Made by a program: the position numbers and the translations under genes. A DNA stretch of 64,000 nucleotides from Balanoglossus misakiensis. Its lineage: Eukaryota > Animalia > Hemichordata. The stretch spans positions 3,117,434-3,181,433 of the forward strand of contig CM082593.2 in NCBI GenBank assembly GCA_040954595.2, given 5' to 3'. Positions 11,701-23,700 of this stretch are shown here, piece after piece. Numbering within the stretch: position 1 is the stretch's first letter; the number at the start of each line of letters is the position of its first letter. Below the pieces are notes generated by a model, which was not told where the DNA came from, did not search any database, and saw nothing but the letters and a program-made list of their open reading frames with translations.

Positions 11701-14700
11701 TGTCAACTGATGTTGGTTCGAGACCAGTTTTTTTTCTATTTCTTTTTTTTTGTGAGAACTTTTAACGACATTATCATTGTAATTTTTATCATTTTCATAA
11801 ATCCAATTCATTTCAATATCTACGCTGCGTTTTTTATCTGTCGTGTATAAGAAACATGCAGGAAAACTTGGTCATTTTTTTGTCGCGGTTCACTTGGGCA
11901 AGTCTGAATACGGAGTGCTCATCAGGAGAGAGAAAGATAAACTCGCTAAAACCGTGTTTTTCCGTCCGCTTGACCAACCAAGGAGCGAAAAAGTCGTTAT
12001 TTGGGCCATAATAAAACGTTTTTGTCGTCGAGGAGTGAATAAAGAACGGTCAGATCGTTGCGGTGCAAACTCTTATTTGCACCGCAGCGGTGCGAACTCT
12101 TATTTGCACCGCTGCGGTGCAAATAAGAATTTGCACCGGTGCAAATAAGAATTTGCTGCGGTGCAAATAAGAATTTGCACCGCTGCGGTGCAAATAAGAT
12201 CATGGTAGTTATGCTGTAATATAGTGCGGTAAATTTCCGACTTTTTCGAGTACAAATCCTGGTGGCGAAGGGTTCAGGAAGACTAGGTTTTTACCTGAAG
12301 GTGTCAACTGATGTTGGTTCGAGACCAGTTTTTTTTCTATTTCTTTTTTTTTGTGAGAACTTTTAACGACATTATCATTGTAATTTTTATCATTTTCATA
12401 AATCCAATTCATTTCAATATCTACGCTGCGTTTTTTATCTGTCGTGTATAAGAAACATGCAGGAAAACTTGGTCATTTTTTTTGTCGCGGTTCACTTTGG
12501 CAAGTCTGAATACGGAGTGCTCATCAGGAGAGAGAAATATAAACTCGCTAAAACCGTGTTTTTCCGTCCGCTTGACCAACCAAGGAGCGAAAAAGTCGTT
12601 ATTTGGGCCATAATAAAACGTTTTTGTCGTCGAGGAGTGAATAAAGAACGGTCAGATCGTTGCGGTGCAAACTCTTATTTGCACCGCAGCGGTGCGAACT
12701 CTTATTTGCACCGCTGCGGTGCAAATAAGAATTTGCACCGCTGCGGTGCAAATAAGATCATGGTAGTTATGCTGTAATATAGTGCGGTAAATTTCCGACT
12801 TTTTCGAGTACAAATCCTGGTGGCGAAGGGTTCAGGAAGGCTAGGTTTTTACCTGAAGGTGTCAACTGATGTTGGTTCGAGACCACTTATTTTTCCATTT
12901 CTTTTTTTTGTGAGAACTTTTAACGACATTATCATTGTAATTTTTATCATTTTCATGAATCCAATTCATTTCAATATCTACGCTGCGTTTTTTATCTGTC
13001 GTGTATAAGAAACATGCAGGAAAACTTGGTCATTTTTTTTGTCGCGGTTCACTCGGGCAAGTCTGAATACGGAGTGCTCATCAGGAGAGAGAAAGATAAA
13101 CTCGCTAAAACAGTGTCTTTCCGTCCGCTTGACCAACCAAGGAGCGAAAAAGTCGTTATTTGGGCCGTAATAAAACGTTTTTGTCGTCGAGGAGTGAATA
13201 AAGAACGGTCAGATCGTTGCGGTGCAAACTCTTATTTGCACCGCAGCGGTGCGAACTCTTATTTGCACCGCTGCGGTGCAAATAAGAATTTGCACCGCTG
13301 CGGTGCAAATAAGATCATGGTAGTTATGCTGTAATATAGTGCGGTAAATTTCCGATTTTATCGAGTACAAATCCTGGTGGCGAAGGGCTCAGGAAGGCTT
13401 TTACCTGAATGTGTCAAAAAATTCTCATTTTTGGATGATTTTCATGAGCTATAACCCATGATTTTTTCAAAAATCGGCCAAATTTCGAAATTCCGCAAAG
13501 TCGAAAAATTCCCATTTTTGGATGATTTTCATGGGCTATAACCCATGGTTTTTATCAAAAAATCACCAAATTTTGAAAATCCGCAAAGTCGAAAAATTCC
13601 CATTTTTGGATGATTTTCATGGGCTATAACCCATGATTTTTTCAAAAATCGGCGAAATTTCCAAATTCCGCAAAGTCGAAAAATTCCCATTTTTGGATGA
13701 TTTTCATGGGCTATAACCCATGATTTTTTCAAAAATCACCCAAATTTCCAAATTCCGCAAAGTCGAAAAATTCCCATTTTTGGATGATTTTCATGGGCTA
13801 TAACCCATGATTTTTTCAAAAATCGGCCAAATTTCGAAATTCCGCAAAGTCGAAAAATTCCCATCTTTGGATGATTTTCATGGGCTATAACCCTTGATTT
13901 TTTCAAAAATCGGCCAAATTTCGAAATTCCGCAAAGTCGAAAAATTCCCATCTTTGGATGATTTTCATGGGCTATAACCCATGGTTTTTATCAAAAAAAA
14001 AACAAATTTTGAAAATCCGCGAAGTCGAAAAATTGACATTTCTGGATGATTTTCATGAGCTATAACCCATGGTTTTTATCAAAAAATCACCAAATTTTGA
14101 AAATCCGCGAAGTCGAAAAATTGACATTTCTGGATGATTTTCATGAGCTATAACCCATGGTTTTTATCAAAAAATCACCAAATTTTGAAAATCCGCGAAG
14201 TCGAAAAATTGACATTTCTGGATGATTTTCATGAGCTATAACCCATGGTTTTTATCAAAAAATCACCAAATTTTGAAAATCCGCGAAGTCGAAAAATTGA
14301 CATTTCTGGATTATTTTCATGAGCTATAACCCATGGTTTTTATCAAAAAATCACCAAATTTTGAAAATCCGCGAAGTCGAAAAATTGACATTTCTGGATG
14401 ATTTTCATGAGCTATAACCCATGGTTTTTATCAAAAAATCACCAAATTTTGAAAATCCGCGAAGTCGAAAAATTGACATTTCTGGATGATTTTCATGGGC
14501 TATAACCCATGGTTTTTATCAAAAAATCACCAAATTTTGAAAATCCGCAAAGTCGAAAAATTCCCATTTTTGGATGATTTTCATGGGCTATAACCCATGA
14601 TTTTTTCAAAAATCGGCCAAATTTCCAAATTCCGCAAAGTCGAAAAATTCCCATTTTTGGATGATTTTCATGGGCTATAACCCATGATTTTTTCAAAAAT

Positions 14701-17700
14701 CGGCGAAATTTCCAAATTCCGCAAAGTCGAAAAATTCCCATTTTTGGATGATTTTCATGGGCTATAACCCATGATTTTTACAAAAATCGGCCAAATTTCC
14801 AAATTCCGCAAAGTCGAAAAATTCCCATTTTTGGATGATTTTCATGGGCTATAACCCATGATTTTTTCAAAAATCGGCCAAATTTCCAAATTCCGCAAAG
14901 TCGAAAAATTCCCATTTTTGGATGATTTTCATGGGCTATAACCCATGATTTTTTCAAAAATCGGCCAAATTTCCAAATTCCGCAAAGTCGAAAAATTCCC
15001 ATTTTTGGATGATTTTCATGGGCTATAACCCATGATTTTTTCAAAAATCGGCCAAATTTCCAAATTCCGCTAAGTCGAAAAATTCCCATTTTTGGATGAT
15101 TTTCATGGGCTATAACCCATGATTTTTTCAAAAATCGGCCAAATTTCCAAATTCCGCAAAGTCGAAAAATTCCCATTTTTGGATGATTTTCATGGGCTAT
15201 AACCCATGATTTTTTCAAAAATCGGCCAAATTTCGAAATTCCGCAAAGTCGAAAAATTCCCATCTTTGGATGATTTTCATGGGCTATAACCCATGGTTTT
15301 TATCAAAAAATCACCAAATTTTGAAAATCCGCGAAGTCGAAAAATTGACATTTCTGGATGATTTTCATGAGCTATAACCCATGGTTTTTATCAAAAAATC
15401 ACCAAATTTTGAAAATCCGCGAAGTCGAAAAATTGACATTTCTGGATGATTTTCATGAGCTATAACCCATGGTTTTTATCAAAAAATCACCAAATTTTGA
15501 AAATCCGCGAAGTCGAAAAATTGACATTTCTGGATGATTTTCATGAGCTATAACCCATGGTTTTTATCAAAAAATCACCAAATTTTGAAAATCCGCGAAG
15601 TCGAAAAATTGACATTTCTGGATGATTTTCATGGGCTATAACCCATGGTTTTTATAAAAAAATCACCAAATTTTGAAAATCCGCGAAGTCGAAAAATTCC
15701 CATTTTTGGATGATTTTCATGGGCTATAACCCATGATTTTTTCAAAAATCGGCCAAATTTCCAAATTCCGCAAAGTCGAAAAATTCCCATTTTTGGATGA
15801 TTTTCATGGGCTATAACCCATGATTTTTTCAAAAATCGGCGAAATTTCCAAATTCCGCAAAGTCGAAAAATTCCCATTTTTGGATGATTTTCATGGGCTA
15901 TAACCCATGATTTTTTCAAAAATCGGCCAAATTTCCAAATTCCGCAAAGTCGAAAAATTCCCATTTTTGGATGATTTTCATGGGCTATAACCCATGATTT
16001 TTTCAAAAATCGGCCAAATTTCCAAATTCCGCAAAGTCGAAAAATTCCCATTTTTAGATGATTTTCATGGGCTATAACCCATGATTTTTTCAAAAATCGG
16101 CCAAATTTCCAAATTCCGCAAAGTCGAAAAATTCCCATTTTTGGATGATTTTCATGGGCTATAACCCATGATTTTTTCAAAAATCGGCCAAATTTCCAAA
16201 TTCCGCAAAGTCGAAAAATTCCCATTTTTGGATGATTTTCATGGGCTATAACCCATGATTTTTTCAAAAATCGGCCAAATTTCAAAATTCCGCAAAGTCG
16301 AAAAATTCCCATTTTTGGATGATTTTCATGGGCTATAACCCATGATTTTTTCAAAAATCGGCCAAATTTCCAAATTCCGCTAAGTCGAAAAATTCCCATT
16401 TTTGGATGATTTTCATGGGCTATAACCCATGATTTTTTCAAAAATCGGCCAAATTTCCAAATTCCGCAAAGTCGAAAAATTCCCATTTTTGGATGATTTT
16501 CATGGGCTATAACCCATGATTTTTTCAAAAATCGGCCAAATTTCGAAATTCCGCAAAGTCGAAAAATTCCCATCTTTGGATGATTTTCATGGGCTATAAC
16601 CCATGGTTTTTATCAAAAAATCACCAAATTTTGAAAATCCGCGAAGTCGAAAAATTGACATTTCTGGATGATTTTCATGAGCTATAACCCATGGTTTTTA
16701 TCAAAAAATCACCAAATTTTGAAAATCCGCGAAGTCGAAAAATTGACATTTCTGGATGATTTTCATGAGCTATAACCCATGGTTTTTATCAAAAAATCAC
16801 CAAATTTTGAAAATCCGCGAAGTCGAAAAATTGACATTTCTGGATGATTTTCATGAGCTATAACCCATGGTTTTTATCAAAAAATCACCAAATTTTGAAA
16901 ATCCGCGAAGTCGAAAAATTGACATTTCTGGATGATTTTCATGGGCTATAACCCATGGTTTTTATCAAAAAATCACCAAATTTTGAAAATCCGCGAAGTC
17001 GAAAAATTCCCATTTTTGGATGATTTTCATGGGCCCATGATTTTTTCAAAAATCGGCCAAATTTCCAAATTCCGCAAAGTCGAAAAATTCCCATTTTTGG
17101 ATGATTTTCATGGGCTATAACCAATGATTTTTTCAAAAATCGGCGAAATTTCCAAATTCCGCAAAGTCGAAAAATTCCCATTTTTGGATGATTTTCATGG
17201 GCTATAACCCATGATTTTTTCAAAAATCGGCCAAATTTCCAAATTCCGCAAAGTCGAAAAATTCCCATTTTTGGATGATTTTCATGGGCTATAACCCATG
17301 ATTTTTTCAAAAATCGGCCAAATTTCCAAATTCCGCAAAGTCGAAAAATTCCCATTTTTGGATGATTTTCATGGGCTATAACCCATGATTTTTTCAAAAA
17401 TCGGCCAAATTTCCAAATTCCGCAAAGTCGAAAAATTCCCATTTTTGGATGATTTTCATGGGCTATAACCCATGATTTTTTCAAAAATCGGCCAAATTTC
17501 CAAATTCCGCAAAGTCGAAAAATTCCCATTTTTGGATGATTTTCATGGGCTATAACCCATGATTTTTTCAAAAATCGGCCAAATTTCCAAATTCCGCAAA
17601 GTCGAAAAATTCCCATCTTTGGATGATTTTCATGGGCTATAACCCATGGTTTTTATCAAAAAATCACCAAATTTTGAAAATCCGCGAAGTCGAAAAATTG

Positions 17701-20700
17701 ACATTTCTGGATGATTTTCATGAGCTATAACCCATGGTTTTTATCAAAAAATCACCAAATTTTGAAAATCCGCGAAGTCGAAAAATTGACATTTCTGGAT
17801 GATTTTCATGAGCTATAACCCATGGTTTTTATCAAAAAATCACCAAATTTTGAAAATCCGCGAAGTCGAAAAATTGACATTTCTGGATGATTTTCATGAG
17901 CTATAACCCATGGTTTTTATCAAAAAATCACCAAATTTTGAAAATCCGCGAAGTCGAAAAATTGACATTTCTGGATGATTTTCATGAGCTATAACCCATG
18001 GTTTTTATCAAAAAATCACCAAATTTTGAAAATCCGCGAAGTCGAAAAATTGACATTTCTGGATGATTTTCATGAGCTATAACCCATGGTTTTTATCAAA
18101 AAATCACCAAATTTTGAAAATCCGCGAAGTCGAAAAATTGACATTTCTGGATGATTTTCATGAGCTATAACCCATGGTTTTTATCAAAAAATCACCAAAT
18201 TTTGAAAATCCGCGAAGTCGAAAAATTGACATTTCTGGATGATTTTCATGAGCTATAACCCATGGTTTTTATCAAAAAATCACCAAATTTTGAAAATCCG
18301 CGAAGTCGAAAAATTGACATTTCTGGATGATTTTCATGAGCTATAACCCATGGTTTTTATCAAAAAATCACCAAATTTTGAAAATCCGCGAAGTCGAAAA
18401 ATTGACATTTCTGGATGATTTTCATGAGCTATAACCCATGGTTTTTATCAAAAAATCACCAAATTTTGAAAATCCGCGAAGTCGAAAAATTGACATTTCT
18501 GGATGATTTTCATGAGCTATAACCCATGGTTTTTATCAAAAAATCACCAAATTTTGAAAATCCGCGAAGTCGAAAAATTGACATTTCTGGATGATTTTCA
18601 TGAGCTATAACCCATGGTTTTTATCAAAAAATCACCAAATTTTGAAAATCCGCGAAGTCGAAAAATTGACATTTCTGGATGATTTTCATGAGCTATAACC
18701 CATGGTTTTTATCAAAAAATCACCAAATTTTGAAAATCCGCGAAGTCGAAAAATTGACATTTCTGGATGATTTTCATGAGCTATAACCCATGGTTTTTAT
18801 CAAAAAATCACCAAATTTTGAAAATCCGCGAAGTCGAAAAATTGACATTTCTGGATGATTTTCATGAGCTATAACCCATGGTTTTTATCAAAAAATCACC
18901 AAATTTTGAAAATCCGCGAAGTCGAAAAATTGACATTTCTGGATGATTTTCATGAGCTATAACCCATGGTTTTTATCAAAAAATCACCAAATTTTGAAAA
19001 TCCGCGAAGTCGAAAAATTGACATTTCTGGATGATTTTCATGAGCTATAACCCATGGTTTTTATCAAAAAATCACCAAATTTTGAAAATCCGCGAAGTCG
19101 AAAAATTGACATTTCTGGATGATTTTCATGAGCTATAACCCATGGTTTTTATCAAAAAATCACCAAATTTTGAAAATCCGCGAAGTCGAAAAATTGACAT
19201 TTCTGGATGATTTTCATGAGCTATAACCCATGGTTTTTATCAAAAAATCACCAAATTTTGAAAATCCGCGAAGTCGAAAAATTGACATTTCTGGATGATT
19301 TTCATGAGCTATAACCCATGGTTTTTATCAAAAAATCACCAAATTTTGAAAATCCGCGAAGTCGAAAAATTGACATTTCTGGATGATTTTCATGAGCTAT
19401 AACCCATGGTTTTTATCAAAAAATCACCAAATTTTGAAAATCCGCGAAGTCGAAAAATTGACATTTCTGGATGATTTTCATGAGCTATAACCCATGGTTT
19501 TTATCAAAAAATCACCAAATTTTGAAAATCCGCGAAGTCGAAAAATTGACATTTCTGGATGATTTTCATGAGCTATAACCCATGGTTTTTATCAAAAAAT
19601 CACCAAATTTTGAAAATCCGCGAAGTCGAAAAATTGACATTTCTGGATGATTTTCATGAGCTATAACCCATGGTTTTTATCAAAAAATCACCAAATTTTG
19701 AAAATCCGCGAAGTCGAAAAATTGACATTTCTGGATGATTTTCATGAGCTATAACCCATGGTTTTTATCAAAAAATCACCAAATTTTGAAAATCCGCGAA
19801 GTCGAAAAATTGACATTTCTGGATGATTTTCATGAGCTATAACCCATGGTTTTTATCAAAAAATCACCAAATTTTGAAAATCCGCGAAGTCGAAAAATTG
19901 ACATTTCTGGATGATTTTCATGAGCTATAACCCATGGTTTTTATCAAAAAATCACCAAATTTTGAAAATCCGCGAAGTCGAAAAATTGACATTTCTGGAT
20001 GATTTTCATGAGCTATAACCCATGGTTTTTATCAAAAAATCACCAAATTTTGAAAATCCGCGAAGTCGAAAAATTGACATTTCTAGATGATTTTCATGAG
20101 CTATAACCCATGGTTTTTATCAAAAAATCACCAAATTTTGAAAATCCGCGAAGTCGAAAAATTGACATTTCTGGATGATTTTCATGAGCTATAACCCATG
20201 GTTTTTATCAAAAAATCACCAAATTTTGAAAATCCGCGAAGTCGAAAAATTGACATTTCTGGATGATTTTCATGAGCTATAACCCATGGTTTTTATCAAA
20301 AAATCACCAAATTTTGAAAATCCGCGAAGTCGATAAAAACCATGGGTTATAGCCCATGAAAATCATCCAGAAATGTCAATTTTTCGACTTCGCGAATTTT
20401 CAAAATTTGGTGGTTTTTCGACAAAAACCATGGGTTATAGCCCATGAAAATCATCCAGAAATGTCAATTTTTCGACTTCGCGAATTTTCAAAATTTGGTG
20501 GTTTTTCGACAAAAAACATGAGTTATAGCCCATGAAAATCATCCAGAAATGTCAATTTTTCGACTTCGCGAATTTTCAAAATTTGGTGGTTTTTCGACAA
20601 AAACCATGGGTTATAGCCCATGAAAATCATCCAGAAATGTCAATTTTTCGACTTCGCGAATTTTCAAAATTTGGTGGTTTTTCGACAAAAACCATGGGTT

Positions 20701-23700
20701 ATAGCCCATGAAAATCATCCAGAAATGTCAATTTTTCGACTTCGCGAATTTTCAAAATTTGGTGGTTTTTCGACAAAAAACATGGGTTATAGCCCATGAA
20801 AATCATCCAGAAATGTCAAATTTCGACTTCGCGAATTTTCAAAATTTGGTGGTTTTTCGACAAAAACCATGGGTTATAGCCCATGAAAATCATCCAGAAA
20901 TGTCAATTTTTCGACTTCGCGAATTTTCAAAATTTGGTGGTTTTTCGACAAAAACCATGGGTTATAGCCCATGAAAATCATCCAGAAATGTCAATTTTTC
21001 GACTTCGCGAATTTTCAAAATTTGGTGGTTTTTCGACAAAAACCATGGGTTATAGCCCATGAAAATCATCCAGAAATGTCAATTTTTCGACTTCGCGAAT
21101 TTTCAAAATTTGGTGGTTTTTCGACAAAAACCATGGGTTATAGCCCATGAAAATCATCCAGAAATGTCAATTTTTCGACTTCGCGAATTTTCAAAATTTG
21201 GTGGTTTTTCGACAAAAACCATGGGTTATAGCCCATGAAAATCATCCAGAAATGTCAATTTTTCGACTTCGCGAATTTTCAAAATTTGGTGGTTTTTCGA
21301 CAAAAACCATGGGTTATAGCCCATGAAAATCATCCAGAAATGTCAATTTTTCGACTTCGCGAATTTTCAAAATTTGGTGGTTTTTCGACAAAAACCATGG
21401 GTTATAGCCCATGAAAATCATCCAGAAATGTCAATTTTTCGACTTCGCGAATTTTCAAAATTTGGTGGTTTTTCGACAAAAACCATGGGTTATAGCCCAT
21501 GAAAATCTTCCAGAAATGTCAATTTTTCGACTTCGCGAATTTTCAAAATTTGGTGGTTTTTCGACAAAAACCATGGGTTATAGCCCATGAAAATCATCCA
21601 GAAATGTCAATTTTTCGACTTCGCGAATTTTCAAAATTTGGTGGTTTTTCGACAAAAAACATGAGTTATAGCCCATGAAAATCATCCAGAAATGTCAATT
21701 TTTCGACTTCGCGAATTTTCAAAATTTGGTGGTTTTTCGACAAAAAACATGAGTTATAGCCCATGAAAATCATCCAGAAATGTCAATTTTTCGACTTCGC
21801 GAATTTTCAAAATTTGGTGGTTTTTCGACAAAAACCATGGGTTATAGCCCATGAAAATCATCCAGAAATGTCAATTTTTCGACTTCGCGAATTTTCAAAA
21901 TTTGGTGGTTTTTCGACAAAAACCATGGGTTATAGCCCATGAAAATCATCCAGAAATGTCAATTTTTCGACTTCGCGAATTTTCAAAATTTGGTGGTTTT
22001 TCGACAAAAAACATGAGTTATAGCCCATGAAAATCATCCAGAAATGTCAATTTTTCGACTTCGCGAATTTTCAAAATTTGGTGGTTTTTCGACAAAAAAC
22101 ATGAGTTATAGCCCATGAAAATCATCCAGAAATGTCAATTTTTCGACTTCGCGAATTTTCAAAATTTGGTGGTTTTTCGACAAAAACCATGGGTTATAGC
22201 CCATGAAAATCATCCAGAAATGTCAATTTTTCGACTTCGCGAATTTTCAAAATTTGGTGGTTTTTCGACAAAAACCATGGGTTATAGCCCATGAAAATCA
22301 TCCAGAAATGTCAATTTTTCGACTTCGCGAATTTTCAAAATTTGGTGGTTTTTCGACAAAAACCATGGGTTATAGCCCATGAAAATCATCCAGAAATGTC
22401 AATTTTTCGACTTCGCGAATTTTCAAAATTTGGTGGTTTTTCGACAAAAACCATGGGTTATAGCCCATGAAAATCATCCAGAAATGTCAATTTTTCGACT
22501 TCGCGAATTTTCAAAATTTGGTGGTTTTTCGACAAAAACCATGGGTTACAGCCCATGAAAATCATCCAGAAATGTCAATTTTTCGACTTCGCGAATTTTC
22601 AAAATTTGGTGGTTTTTCGACAAAAACCATGGGTTATAGCCCATGAAAATCATCCAGAAATGTCAATTTTTCGACTTTGCGAATTTTCAAAATTTGGTGG
22701 TTTTTCGACAAAAACCATGGGTTATAGCCCATGAAAATCATCCAGAAATGTCAATTTTTCGACTTCGCGAATTTTCAAAATTTGGTGGTTTTTCGACAAA
22801 AACCATGGGTTATAGCCCATGAAAATCATCCAGAAATGTCAATTTTTCGACTTCGCGAATTTTCAAAATTTGGTGGTTTTTCGACAAAAACCATGGGTTA
22901 TAGCCCATGAAAATCATCCAGAAATGTCAATTTTTCGACTTCGCGAATTTTCAAAATTTGGTGGTTTTTCGACAAAAACCATGGGTTATAGCCCATGAAA
23001 ATCTTCCAGAAATGTCAATTTTTCGACTTCGCGAATTTTCAAAATTTGGTGGTTTTTCGACAAAAACCATGGGTTATAGCCCATGAAAATCATCCAGAAA
23101 TGTCAATTTTTCGACTTCGCGAATTTTCAAAATTTGGTGGTTTTTCGACAAAAAACATGAGTTATAGCCCATGAAAATCATCCAGAAATGTCAATTTTTC
23201 GACTTCGCGAATTTTCAAAATTTGGTGGTTTTTCGACAAAAAACATGAGTTATAGCCCATGAAAATCATCCAGAAATGTCAATTTTTCGACTTCGCGAAT
23301 TTTCAAAATTTGGTGGTTTTTCGACAAAAACCATGGGTTATAGCCCATGAAAATCATCCAGAAATGTCAATTTTTCGACTTCGCGAATTTTCAAAATTTG
23401 GTGGTTTTTCGACAAAAACCATGGGTTATAGCCCATGAAAATCATCCAGAAATGTCAATTTTTCGACTTCGCGAATTTTCAAAATTTGGTGGTTTTTCGA
23501 CAAAAACCATGGGTTATAGCCCATGAAAATCATCCAGAAATGTCAATTTTTCGACTTCGCGAATTTTCAAAATTTGGTGGTTTTTCGACAAAAACCATGG
23601 GTTATAGCCCATGAAAATCATCCAGAAATGTCAATTTTTCGACTTCGCGAATTTTCAAAATTTGGTGGTTTTTCGACAAAAACCATGGGTTATAGCCCAT

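Larger units (their letters stand above)
7144..13416 (+). repeat. Tandem array of a ~558-bp unit (11 full copies plus partial ends)
   Basis: ataagatcatggtag recurs at ~7182, 7741, 8298, 8855, 9414, 9973, 10531, 11059, 11591, 12194, 12752 and 13309. Copies are near-identical; two lack one 27-bp subrepeat. Confidence 0.97.

Noticed and set aside
7651-13310. CRISPR-like reading of the 27-bp palindromic repeats
   Set aside because: The repeats abut with no unique spacers, the intervening ~460 bp is the same in every unit, no cas genes are present, and the context is eukaryotic.
7434-13334. Repeated 67-110 aa ORFs (…RCGANSYLH…) in the 558-bp units
   Set aside because: Homopolymer indels shift frames between copies, starts are inconsistent, and the periodicity merely reflects the 27-bp subrepeat.
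13529-17616. Long minus-strand ORFs (up to 314 aa) with 29-aa repeats
   Set aside because: These are a by-product of the stop-free 87-bp (29-codon) A monomer; they break at every 88-bp B monomer.
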